61,360 nucleotides of DNA from Planctomycetia bacterium (lineage in GTDB: Bacteria; Planctomycetota; Planctomycetia; Pirellulales; PALSA-1355), in assembly GCA_016200205.1 (NCBI GenBank), contig JACQFF010000088.1, positions 1 to 61,360 on the forward strand. Direction: 5' to 3'. The notes beneath the pieces were generated by a model. That model worked only from the letters and a program-made list of their open reading frames with translations. It did not search any database and was not told the DNA's origin. Of this stretch, positions 10,124 through 19,568 are shown piece by piece (within the stretch, counting starts at the first letter, position 1; every line of letters starts with the position of its first letter). A program made the translations under genes and the position numbers.

Positions 10124-11683
10124 ATGAGTTCCTCCGCGACGAGTTCTCCCGTGCCGCAAGTTGAACCGGTCAGCTCCGACGTGACGTTGAGCTGGATGGC
10201 CGAGGCGCGGGCAGCCTTGAAATCAGCCCCATGGGTTGACTTGCTCGATTTCGACGGCATCGACACGTTCGACGTATTGCTCTCGCCCCTCTATTTAGCG
10301 GTGCTGAACACGTTGCGCCGAGGTCCGGTCAAACCGGAACCGGCCGCCAAAGCGGTCCTCGGCCAAGTCCGCGATGTCGGATATCGCCTGAAAACGGCCT
10401 TGCGAGAGCGATCCGCCGCCTGGCGATCGGCGCCGGTCCGGCCGTCGGACATTCTTCTGTGGTCGCGCGATGTTACGCACTACGTCAATCTGGTCCCGGT
10501 CGCGGAGGAATTGGACCGGCTGGGGATCAGCAATTGCTTGCTGGCTTGCCAGGCGAAGATCTTCCAAGGGATAAAATCGCGGAATCCCGGGGCGGTCTAC
10601 ACGCTGGGCGCCTGGCCGCGGGTTGTCCGCCGAGCGCGTCGCGAAGGGGCCAAGCGGGTGAAGCAATTGGCCGCTGCCGGTCCCTGGAAGCTACCAGATT
10701 TTCCCGGGGCGCCTGCGGCGGGCGTCGCGCCCGCGCTGCGGGACACCGTCATTGCCTTCTTGCCGTTGGTGAGCGAGACCGTGGCCAACGCCCAAACAGC
10801 ACTCGACGCCTTTCGACCCAAACTGCTGGTCGTCGGCAACGACATCACGTTGGAAGGGCGGGCGGGCTGCCGCGTGGCGGCAGCGCGTAACGTGCCGACC
10901 GCTACGTTCATGCACGGCAACATTGCCGGCAACGAGTTCCTGGCGATGCATTGTGCCGATCGCTTGCTGGTGCACGGTGAAATCCAGCGCCACGAACTAG
11001 CGCGACAGGGCGTGGCGCCCGAGCGAATGGTCGTCAGCGGCGCACCCAATCTGGATCATCGACCGCGGCAAACCGGCCAAATACACCCGCTGCTGCAAAA
11101 GCGCCTGGGGATCCGTCCCCACGACCAGTGGGTTTTGGTTGCCACGAGCGGACCGGGACACCGGATTTCTCACCGCCATCATGGAATCGTCATCGAGCAT
11201 CTCAAGCGGCTGAGTCTGGCGATGCCGCAGGTTCCCGTCGTGGTCAAGCTGCACCGCAAGGATCGGCTCGAGTACTACCGGCAGGCGCTAGAGGACTGCG
11301 GAGGCGCGCGTTTGGTGGTCGTTGCCGAAGATGCATATGGGTTTCCTCGAGACATTTTCGAGTGGTTGCAAGGTTGCAGCGTCATGTTGACGGGCGCATC
11401 GACGGCGGCGGTAGACGCGATGTTGACGGATGTCCCGGTAATTACGATGGATTTTTGCGATGAAATTCGCGAGGCGGATTTTATCGATTTTGGGGCCACG
11501 GCACACGTGACCACGCCCGAGGCGCTCGAAGCCGCGGTGCGCGAAGTCCTCGCCGCCGGGGCCCCCCGCGCGGAAGTGCAATCGCGCGTACAAATGTATC
11601 TGAAAGCGGCATTCCATGCTTTGGATGGCCGCTCGTCCAGCCGCGGAGCGGAGGCGCTTCGCGAGATGATCAGCGCTCGGTAG
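10124..11683 (+). CDS. GT-B-fold protein, candidate nonulosonate or glycerophosphate transferase
   Basis: MHG, DRLLVHG, GAPNLD, VKLHR and STAAVDAMLTDVP resemble CMP/CDP-donor GT-B enzymes; follows neuA/wzx. Confidence 0.55.
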   Translation: MSSSATSSPVPQVEPVSSDVTLSWMAEARAALKSAPWVDLLDFDGIDTFDVLLSPLYLAVLNTLRRGPVKPEPAAKAVLGQVRDVGYRLKTALRERSAAWRSAPVRPSDILLWSRDVTHYVNLVPVAEELDRLGISNCLLACQAKIFQGIKSRNPGAVYTLGAWPRVVRRARREGAKRVKQLAAAGPWKLPDFPGAPAAGVAPALRDTVIAFLPLVSETVANAQTALDAFRPKLLVVGNDITLEGRAGCRVAAARNVPTATFMHGNIAGNEFLAMHCADRLLVHGEIQRHELARQGVAPERMVVSGAPNLDHRPRQTGQIHPLLQKRLGIRPHDQWVLVATSGPGHRISHRHHGIVIEHLKRLSLAMPQVPVVVKLHRKDRLEYYRQALEDCGGARLVVVAEDAYGFPRDIFEWLQGCSVMLTGASTAAVDAMLTDVPVITMDFCDEIREADFIDFGATAHVTTPEALEAAVREVLAAGAPRAEVQSRVQMYLKAAFHALDGRSSSRGAEALREMISAR

Positions 11684-11747
11684 TGTATAGGCCCAGGCAA
11701 GTGCGAATGTTCGATAGATCACCCGCTTATCGCATCAGGAAGAGCCT

Positions 11748-13718
11748 ATGTGCGGCATCGTAGGCCTTTGGAATGTCTCGAACGAACGGCCGCTCGAGAC
11801 GGTCTCGACCATGCTCGATGCCATGCGGCATCGAGGCCCTGACGGTCGCGGCACGCTGGAGTACATCGGCGGCGCCGCCGGCATGGTCCGCTTGGCCCTG
11901 GTCGATCTTTCGGACCGAGGGCAGCAGCCGCTCTGGTCCAACGACCGCCGGGTAGCCGTTTTGTTCAATGGCGAAATATACAACTTTCGGACCGAGCGCG
12001 ACCGCTTGGAAAAAGCCGGCTACCGTTTCCGCACCACCACCGATACCGAAGTCGTGCTGAACTTGTATCTGGAGCGCGGCTTGGAATTCTACGAACGGAT
12101 GCGGGGCATGTACGCGGTGGCCATTTTCGATTGGCGGCAGTCGGCGGCCGGCGGGTTGCCCGTGATGGTCCTCGCGCGCGGACCGCTGGGAATCAAGCAT
12201 TTGTACATCGCTCACCCCAATGGCGATCCGCAACAAGTGATCTTTTCGTCAGAGATTCGGGCGATGTTGGCCTCGGGCCTGGTGCGGGCGGAGATTTCGA
12301 CCGAAGCCCTGGCCGGCTACTTGGCCCGCGGTTTCGTGCTGCAGCCCGACACGATGATTGCCGGCGTGCGAATGCTTGCGCCGGGGACATTGGAACGCTA
12401 CGCGCCGGGCGAGCCGATGTTGCGCAAGCGATTCTGGCGCATGCCGCCCTATGCGCCCCGCAAGGAAACGTTGGACGAGGCCGGCGATCGCCTGCGGGCG
12501 GTGCTCAACGAAAGCGTGGCCCTGCACGCCATGGCCGATGCGCCGATCGGTGCCTTCTTGAGCGGTGGCGTTGACTCGACGGGCATCGTGGCCCTGATGC
12601 GGAAGCATATTTCCGATTTGCGGACATACACCGTCAAGTTTCCGGATCTGGCCGGCGAGGACGAAGTCAAGGAAGCGATCGCGGCAGCCCAGGTTTACGA
12701 TTGCCATCACACCGTGGTCGAGGTTTCCGCGCGGGAAGTGCGCGACGTGTTGCCCCGATTTGCCGGTGACTTGGACCAGCCCTCGGCCGATGGGTTCAAC
12801 ACATGGCTGATTTCGCGGGCCGCGGCGCGCGACGTCAAAGGCGTTCTATCGGGTGTCGGGGGCGACGAATGGTTCGCCGGCTACCCGGTGACGCGCCGCA
12901 TGGCGCGTTACGGTTCGACCGCTTCCGGTCAGGCGCAGATGGCCGCGGGACATGTGGCAAACCTCTTCGTTCCGTGGCTGCCGCAGGGCCGTTTGCGCGA
13001 GCGCGTCGAGAATCTTGCCACGCGCCGCAGCGCGCTGGCGACGTGGCTTCAAGGCCACACGGTTTACCACGAGAGCCTGGCGCGGCAGATGGCTGGGCTG
13101 CCCTGCAATGATGGTTTGCAGGACGCCAAATTCGCAGCCATTTTGAATCAGGATTGCGACGATTGGACCAAGGAATCGCCGGTCGGGCTTTCGTGCCTGC
13201 TCGACACGCGCGTGTACATGATCAACCAATTGTTGCGAGATTCCGATGCTACCAGCATGGCCCACTCGTTGGAATTGCGCGTGCCATTTGTCGATCTGGC
13301 GCTGGTCGCGTTTTCGCGTAGTTGCGACGATGAATTCAAGCTTCGGTCCGATGGCGGATCGAGCAATCGCTATTACGGCAGTGGGTCGAAACGCGTCTTG
13401 ATCCATGCCCTGCGCGATTTGCTGCCGCTGTCCATTTCCAACCGCCAGAAAAAGGGCTTTGCACTTCCGTTCGACCTTTGGATGCGGGGCGAGCTGGCCC
13501 CATTGGTCGAAGACACTTGCGGTACCGAGGCCGTGGCCCGTCGAGGGTTGGTCGATCCGCAAATTGTCGCCGCCATTCGGAAAAACGCCCGCGCCGGCGT
13601 CCCAGGCATTACCTACCCGGGACTTTGGACTTTGATGATCTTCGAATTATGGTGTCGGGCCGTGGTCGATAAATATCGGCAACCGGCGGTCGCGGACTAC
13701 GTGATCGGGGTTAAATAG
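11748..13718 (+). CDS. asnB: Asparagine synthase (glutamine-hydrolysing) family amidotransferase
   Basis: MCGI N-terminal nucleophile, HRGPD, FNGEIYN, LSGGVDS, SGVGGDE, ELRVPF, KKGF. Confidence 0.93.
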   Translation: MCGIVGLWNVSNERPLETVSTMLDAMRHRGPDGRGTLEYIGGAAGMVRLALVDLSDRGQQPLWSNDRRVAVLFNGEIYNFRTERDRLEKAGYRFRTTTDTEVVLNLYLERGLEFYERMRGMYAVAIFDWRQSAAGGLPVMVLARGPLGIKHLYIAHPNGDPQQVIFSSEIRAMLASGLVRAEISTEALAGYLARGFVLQPDTMIAGVRMLAPGTLERYAPGEPMLRKRFWRMPPYAPRKETLDEAGDRLRAVLNESVALHAMADAPIGAFLSGGVDSTGIVALMRKHISDLRTYTVKFPDLAGEDEVKEAIAAAQVYDCHHTVVEVSAREVRDVLPRFAGDLDQPSADGFNTWLISRAAARDVKGVLSGVGGDEWFAGYPVTRRMARYGSTASGQAQMAAGHVANLFVPWLPQGRLRERVENLATRRSALATWLQGHTVYHESLARQMAGLPCNDGLQDAKFAAILNQDCDDWTKESPVGLSCLLDTRVYMINQLLRDSDATSMAHSLELRVPFVDLALVAFSRSCDDEFKLRSDGGSSNRYYGSGSKRVLIHALRDLLPLSISNRQKKGFALPFDLWMRGELAPLVEDTCGTEAVARRGLVDPQIVAAIRKNARAGVPGITYPGLWTLMIFELWCRAVVDKYRQPAVADYVIGVK

Positions 13719-13771
13719 CACGTTCGCGCGCAACCCGAAAAACCGAGCCAGTCAAACGGATCCTGTTTGAT

Positions 13772-15481
13772 ATGTCACCGGCTTCTTCGAACGCGGGTGC
13801 ACCGGCAAGTGGAACTTCGGCCACCGTGCTTGCCCGGCCGAGCATCCTGCAAAACTTGCGTGCGACCGTGCGCGAGTTGACGGCATTTTGCTTCCGCGAA
13901 AAACACTGGTTCGCCTGCATGTTCATTTTCGTCCTGGTTTGGACGATTGAGCTGTATGTCGTTCAGGCCATCACGCTGGTTTACCCGAATGATACGGGAG
14001 CCAAATTCGCCTTCTGGGCACCGAAGATCCGCTTTCTGCTGGACGTGCTGTTTATTTCGGCCCTGACGGCCTGGTTGCGGAGGCGCTGGCTGTTGCCGTT
14101 GGTAACCGGGTCCTTTTTCATTTATCTGGGACTGATCACATATCATCAGTATTTCCTGCGGCCACTGTCGCTGAGCACGATCCTGTCCACTTGGCGCGAA
14201 GGGCTGGTGGTCGGCGGTTTTGCGCTGGATCTGTTTCCGAGGCGTGCCGCGTTATTCCTCGTTCTGGCGCTGGCGGCCCAAATCGCCGCCCTCGTGCTGT
14301 CGCGAAAAGTCTCGCTGCCTCGTCGTTGCGCTTGGCTCGGCGGCGGCGTGTTGACGGCCCTCTATGCCGGAGTGTATTTGATCGCCAATCATTTCGATCC
14401 TTTGGAATACATTCAAACCACGCGCGGCGTGGGGCGGGTCGGCGAAATCCGCGGCTACCTCGGGCCCTGGTTCGCGGAATGGTATTACCTCCGCGACGAC
14501 CAGGTCTTGCAGCAAGCCATCGAGCGGCGAAAAGTGCGCTACGACAGGCTGACTCCGCGCGAGGCGAACATTCCCATTCGCAAGCACCTCGCGATCGTGC
14601 AGGCCGAAAGTTTCGATTTCAATATCCTCGACTATCGGGCCAACGGGCAGGAAGTCACCCCGTTTCTCAATCGACTGCGCGAGATGTCGATGTTCTACCG
14701 GGTCCAGGCGGTCCATTCGAACGGCTCTTCGGACGCGGACTTCGTGGCTCTCAACGGCGTGATTGGCTCGACGCACAAGAACACGTACAAAATTCACGGT
14801 TATCCCTATGGCGATAAATCGCCTACCACGCCGCAACTCTTGGCTCGCTGCGGCTACGCGACCTATAGCTTTCACGGCAATAGCGGCGAATTTTATGACC
14901 GCCGGACGGCGTACGAGAAAATCGGGTTCGAGCAGTTCTATTTTCGAGAGGAGTTGGAGAGTCAGTTCGGGCTTAAGGGCGACCGCTGGGGGATACATGA
15001 CAAAGAGGTATTGACTCGCTCGGCGCAAATGTTGCGCACGGCCACGACTCCCACCTGTCATTTCGTAATTACCCTGACCACTCACTTTCCCTATACATTG
15101 TTGGCTCGGCACGAGACGGAAATCTTTCCCGACGCGCGCAACACGTATCAAAATTACATGAACAACATGCGCTATCTCGACAACTGTTTGCGCGACTACA
15201 TCATCGCGCTGGGCAGCGGTACGACCGTTATGATCTATGCGGACCACCCCACCGAGGATGGGTACGAGGATTTTACGCCTGATCGGGATCGGGCCGGTGC
15301 CCGCGAATTCATTCCTTGCTTCATCTACGATACCGACGAAGAGTTGAGCAAGATACAACAGACGCGCAGTGATCCGATCGCAACCGACGGCTCTTTGAAT
15401 TTGGCCGATATGATCAATTATTTGCGTGGCCAAATGATGCGCTCGTGCAAGCCGGCCGAAGCTGCCCCGGCCGGTCAGTAG
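13772..15481 (+). CDS. LTA synthase (LtaS)/sulfatase-superfamily membrane phosphotransferase
   Basis: About 5 N-terminal TM helices then QAESF, GSSDADF, FHGN, TLTTHFPY, YLDNCL, YADH metal-site motifs. Confidence 0.8.
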   Translation: MSPASSNAGAPASGTSATVLARPSILQNLRATVRELTAFCFREKHWFACMFIFVLVWTIELYVVQAITLVYPNDTGAKFAFWAPKIRFLLDVLFISALTAWLRRRWLLPLVTGSFFIYLGLITYHQYFLRPLSLSTILSTWREGLVVGGFALDLFPRRAALFLVLALAAQIAALVLSRKVSLPRRCAWLGGGVLTALYAGVYLIANHFDPLEYIQTTRGVGRVGEIRGYLGPWFAEWYYLRDDQVLQQAIERRKVRYDRLTPREANIPIRKHLAIVQAESFDFNILDYRANGQEVTPFLNRLREMSMFYRVQAVHSNGSSDADFVALNGVIGSTHKNTYKIHGYPYGDKSPTTPQLLARCGYATYSFHGNSGEFYDRRTAYEKIGFEQFYFREELESQFGLKGDRWGIHDKEVLTRSAQMLRTATTPTCHFVITLTTHFPYTLLARHETEIFPDARNTYQNYMNNMRYLDNCLRDYIIALGSGTTVMIYADHPTEDGYEDFTPDRDRAGAREFIPCFIYDTDEELSKIQQTRSDPIATDGSLNLADMINYLRGQMMRSCKPAEAAPAGQ

Positions 15482-15503
15482 GCCAGAAACCGAAATCCAA
15501 AGC

Positions 15504-17168
15504 ATGCAGGACAAGCGGGACAGTAGCGGTCAAAAAGCGCCGGCGCATAGTCCAGCGGACGCCAAGCGGATTGCCGAAACCGTGGTGCTCATTCCCGCGG
15601 CGGGTCGAGTCGCCGAGGGCGTCATGGCGCTTTCGAATATCGGTTGTCCAGCCATGGTGCCGGTGGCCGGCCGGCCGGTCATCCATTGGACGCTAAGTTA
15701 CTTGCGGTCCTTGGGTCTGCGGCGGTTCGTGATCGCCGTTTCGCGCCGCGGCATGTTCGTCGAAGATTTCGTGGAATGCTCTTTCGCCCATGACAGCGAA
15801 ATCGCCTTCATTGTCCCCTCGTCCGACGGCGGTGTCGGCCGCACTGTGCTCGAATTGGCCGAACATGCCCAGGGCAGCTCAGCGCTGGTCGTGTTGGGTG
15901 ACACGCATTTTCAATTTACCGACCCGGACATTCTGTTGCGCGACGAACCGGCCGTTCTGGTGCAGCCAGTCCAGGATTCCTATCGCTGGTGCACGGCCCA
16001 AACCGACGCCGAGGGCATCGTCACGGCGCTCCACGACAAAGAGCCCGACCTGGCCGGACCGCTGCAGGCACTGATCGGCGTTTACTATTTTCCGGATTTG
16101 TCGCAACTCCGCGCCGCCGCCCGCGCCGCGGTTCGCGCCGTCCCGGCCGGCGATTGGCTCGATTGCGGCAACCCGGACCGCCAGGCCAGTTCGCATCGCA
16201 CGTTGTTGCAGAAGCGAGACTTCAACGAACTCTCGATCGATAGCGTGATGGGCACCATCACCAAGCGCAGCCGCTACGTGGAAAAATTCCTCGACGAAAT
16301 CAACTATTTGCGACTCTTGCCGCCGGACCTGGCCGTGCTGTTTCCGCGGGTGACGGGCTATTCCACCGACTGGCAAGATCCCTGGCTGACGTTGGAGTAT
16401 TACGGCTATCCCACTTTGGCCGAGGTGTTCGTATTCGAAAACGTCGACCCGGGCATTTGGGAGCAGGTGTTCGTGCATCTGCGAGACATTTTACTGCAAG
16501 GATTCATGCGCCACCGCCGGCCGCTCGGCCCGGGCGTGCTCGAGGAAATGTACTTGGGCAAAACCCGCAAGCGGTTGGAAAACATGACCGCGCCCCGCGA
16601 ACTCCTCGAGTTGGTTCAGCATCCCGGGCCGGTCGTGATCAATGGCCACGAGGCGCCGAATATTTCGGGTCTGTGGAGTCGATTGGAAAAGGAAGTCGAT
16701 CGGTTGGCCGAAAACGTGCAGGGTTCGGTCGTGCACGGCGATTTGTGTCTCTCGAATATTTTGTATGACTTGCGTTCGCGGATTTGCAAGCTGCTCGACC
16801 CGAGAGGCAGTTTCGGCGCGTCCGGCATCTACGGCGATCCACGTTACGACGTGGCCAAGCTGTACCATTCGATTTACGGACTGTACGATTTCATTACCAA
16901 TGATTTGTTTCATGTTTCGATAAACGGGTCGCGGGTCGATTTGGAAATTCGCTCGCGGCCGCAACATCGGCAGATTCAAGAGCGGTTCGAAAAAGTATTT
17001 TTTGCCGAGTTCGACCGCCGCGAGATTTTACTGATCACCGGGTTGTTATTTGCCAGCATGCCAGCCTTGCACTACGACGCGCCGCGGCGGCAGATGGCGA
17101 TGTATGCCCGGGCGCTAGAGCTATTCGGCGAGCTCTTTTTGCCGGCCTATGCCGAGCACCAGGCGTAA
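15504..17168 (+). CDS. Fused nucleotidyltransferase-like / APH-kinase-like capsule protein (BcbE-like)
   Basis: N-terminal IPAAG...LGD...WLDCG; C-terminal EYYGYPTLAE, HGDLCLSN, DPRG, YGDPRYDVAKLYHS. Confidence 0.8.
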   Translation: MQDKRDSSGQKAPAHSPADAKRIAETVVLIPAAGRVAEGVMALSNIGCPAMVPVAGRPVIHWTLSYLRSLGLRRFVIAVSRRGMFVEDFVECSFAHDSEIAFIVPSSDGGVGRTVLELAEHAQGSSALVVLGDTHFQFTDPDILLRDEPAVLVQPVQDSYRWCTAQTDAEGIVTALHDKEPDLAGPLQALIGVYYFPDLSQLRAAARAAVRAVPAGDWLDCGNPDRQASSHRTLLQKRDFNELSIDSVMGTITKRSRYVEKFLDEINYLRLLPPDLAVLFPRVTGYSTDWQDPWLTLEYYGYPTLAEVFVFENVDPGIWEQVFVHLRDILLQGFMRHRRPLGPGVLEEMYLGKTRKRLENMTAPRELLELVQHPGPVVINGHEAPNISGLWSRLEKEVDRLAENVQGSVVHGDLCLSNILYDLRSRICKLLDPRGSFGASGIYGDPRYDVAKLYHSIYGLYDFITNDLFHVSINGSRVDLEIRSRPQHRQIQERFEKVFFAEFDRREILLITGLLFASMPALHYDAPRRQMAMYARALELFGELFLPAYAEHQA

Positions 17169-17176
17169 GAAGTACG

Positions 17177-17584
17177 ATGCGAATTTGTATTGATTTGGAT
17201 GGCGTGGTTTGCCGCTTGCGCGAGCCGAGCCAAGACTACGCCGATTTGGAGCCGGTGCCGGGCGCGGTCGAAAAACTGCGACAATTGCGCGCCGCCGGCC
17301 ATTACATCATCATCGCTACGGCGCGGCACATGAAAACTTGCGACGGCAACGTGGGCCAGGCGATTGCACGTCAGGGCGGTGTCACCTTCGAGTGGCTGGC
17401 GCGCCACGGGATCGAATACGACGAAATTCACTTCGGCAAGCCGCACGCGCAGATTTATATCGACGACAACGCGCTGCGCTTCGAGTCATGGGGTTCGATC
17501 GCCGGCGATGGCTCGACGTTGCCGATGAGCACCGAGCAGCGCCAGGCCGCCGAACGAGCCCGCGAAAATCCCCGATCGCGATGA
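17177..17584 (+). CDS. HAD-family capsule biosynthesis phosphatase (EcbF/BcbF-like)
   Basis: DLDG, TARHM, FGKP, YIDD HAD motifs. Confidence 0.85.
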   Translation: MRICIDLDGVVCRLREPSQDYADLEPVPGAVEKLRQLRAAGHYIIIATARHMKTCDGNVGQAIARQGGVTFEWLARHGIEYDEIHFGKPHAQIYIDDNALRFESWGSIAGDGSTLPMSTEQRQAAERARENPRSR

Positions 17585-18312
17585 ACATCGTCATGCCCAT
17601 GGCCGGCCGCGGCAGCCGCTTCGTTCAGATTGGCATTAGGACGCCCAAACCCTTGATCGACGTGCGCGGCAAGCCGATGTACGCCTGGGCGACCGATGGG
17701 TTGCCCCTATCGCTAGCTCGACGTTTGATTTTCATTTGCCTTCGCGAACATTTGGACGACTTGGCCCTTGCGCGGGACATCAAGTCGCGATATGCTCGCT
17801 ACAATCCGGCGATCATCGCCTTGGACGAGGTCACCCAGGGCCAGGCCTGCACGGTGTTGGTGGCTCGCGCGTTGATTGAAAATGACGAGCCCCTGTTGAT
17901 TTTCAATGCCGATACGTACTGTCCCACCACGTTGGTCCAGGCGCTAGAGGCTCTTGGGCCGAATGTCGACGGGGTGCTGGATGTGTTTAGCGCGCCGGGT
18001 GACAAGTGGAGCTTTGCCCGGATCGATGAGGGGGGCCGCGTGCTGGAAACGGCGGAAAAGCGGCGCATCTCCGAGTGGGCGACCACGGGCTTGTATTATT
18101 TTTGCCGGGGACGCGATTTCGTGCGGCATGCCGAGGCGATGATCGCGGCCGGCGAACGATCGAACCAGGAGTTTTACGTCGCCCCGGTCTACAACCGCAT
18201 GATCGCGGCGGGAGCCAACATCCGCGCCAACATAGTCGATAAAGTCTGGGTCCTGGGCACGCCCGAGGACCTGGCCCACTTCGAACGGGAATGTCCGCTA
18301 TCCACTCGATGA
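17581..18312 (+). CDS. Nucleotidyltransferase/GT-A-fold capsule protein (BcbG-like)
   Basis: PMAGRGSRF, PKPLI, TQGQACT, FNAD, EKRRIS, GLYYF, EFYVAPVYN, LGTPEDL; ATGA overlap. Confidence 0.85.
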   Translation: MNIVMPMAGRGSRFVQIGIRTPKPLIDVRGKPMYAWATDGLPLSLARRLIFICLREHLDDLALARDIKSRYARYNPAIIALDEVTQGQACTVLVARALIENDEPLLIFNADTYCPTTLVQALEALGPNVDGVLDVFSAPGDKWSFARIDEGGRVLETAEKRRISEWATTGLYYFCRGRDFVRHAEAMIAAGERSNQEFYVAPVYNRMIAAGANIRANIVDKVWVLGTPEDLAHFERECPLSTR

Positions 18313-19562
18313 CCGCTCGACCGCGAAAGGTTCTGCACGTGCTCAACAGCGCCGGCGGGGGTGCGGCCTTGAGCACCTTGGGTTTGATCGGGATGCTGCG
18401 GGCCGACGGCATCGGTGCTTGCGCGGTTTGTCACGATGCGGGCACGGCGGCGGAACGCGAACATTTGCGCGATGCCGTGGGCGGGGCCGTGTTGTTCACT
18501 CGATTGTATTGGTGGAACCGCAAAATCCGCATGCCACTCTGGAAGCGGCCGCTGGCGGAAGCGAAACAGATTCTGGCCACCGGCTGGTCGATCAGTTCGG
18601 CGGCTCGGGTAGCCGAATTCGCGACGCGCATGCAAGCCCATCTGATTCACACCAACACGATCCTTACGCCCGAGGGCGGGCTGGCGGCTCACAGGCTTGG
18701 CTTGCCGCACGTGTGGCACCTGCGTGAAATGCTTGGACCGGGACAGCCGTTTCGGTTGTGGCGAGAAGGGCCGTCGCTGGGCCGATACTTGGCCCAATAT
18801 TGCTCAAAGCTCGTGGCCAATTCTCAAGCCAGCGCCGCGCAAGTCCGCGATTGGCTGCCGGACGATTTGTTGGAAGTCGTGCCGAACGGGATCGACGTCA
18901 GCCGCTTTCGCGTCCGATCCACGCCGGACCGCGGCGGACCAATCGTGGTGGCCATGGTGGGCAATCTGACCAGCCGCTGGAAAAAACATGGGCTCTTCAT
19001 TGAAGCCGCCGCGCTGGTCGACCGCCAATTGCCGATTCGGTGGCGCATTTATGGACATGATCCTTCGCAAGCCGGCCGGAGGGTCGGCGACGCTTACGTT
19101 GACGGCTTGCACGCGGAGATCGCGCGGGCCGGGATGTCCGATCGTTTCGAGTGGCCCGGTTTCGTGGCGGAGCCGGCCGACATCATGTCGCAAGTCGACC
19201 TGCTGGTACATCCGGCCGATAGCGAGTCGTTCGGCCGCGTGGTCGTCGAGGCCATGGCTGCCGGCTTGCCGGTCGTCGGCGTTCGCGCCGGCGGAGTCGG
19301 CGACATCGTCGAGCACGGTGTGACGGGCCTGTTGGCCAAAAAAGATGATCCCCGGGACCTGGCTGCCTGCATCGACCGATTGGCGCGCGATCCAGCACTC
19401 CGGCGCGGGATGGGCCTGGCCGGCCGCCAACGAGCCGAAGGGGAGTACTCATTGGCCGCTTGCGCGGCGAAGATCGTGCGCGTGTATGAGCTGGCCATGG
19501 CCCGTCCTTTGAAACGAGCTATCGGCTTGCCGCCGTCTGTTGCAGTGGCACATAGCGACTGA
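18309..19562 (+). CDS. Glycosyltransferase family 4
   Basis: VWHLRE, VPNGID, ESFGRVVVEAMAAGLPVV. Confidence 0.9.
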   Translation: MTARPRKVLHVLNSAGGGAALSTLGLIGMLRADGIGACAVCHDAGTAAEREHLRDAVGGAVLFTRLYWWNRKIRMPLWKRPLAEAKQILATGWSISSAARVAEFATRMQAHLIHTNTILTPEGGLAAHRLGLPHVWHLREMLGPGQPFRLWREGPSLGRYLAQYCSKLVANSQASAAQVRDWLPDDLLEVVPNGIDVSRFRVRSTPDRGGPIVVAMVGNLTSRWKKHGLFIEAAALVDRQLPIRWRIYGHDPSQAGRRVGDAYVDGLHAEIARAGMSDRFEWPGFVAEPADIMSQVDLLVHPADSESFGRVVVEAMAAGLPVVGVRAGGVGDIVEHGVTGLLAKKDDPRDLAACIDRLARDPALRRGMGLAGRQRAEGEYSLAACAAKIVRVYELAMARPLKRAIGLPPSVAVAHSD

Positions 19563-19568
19563 GCGAAC

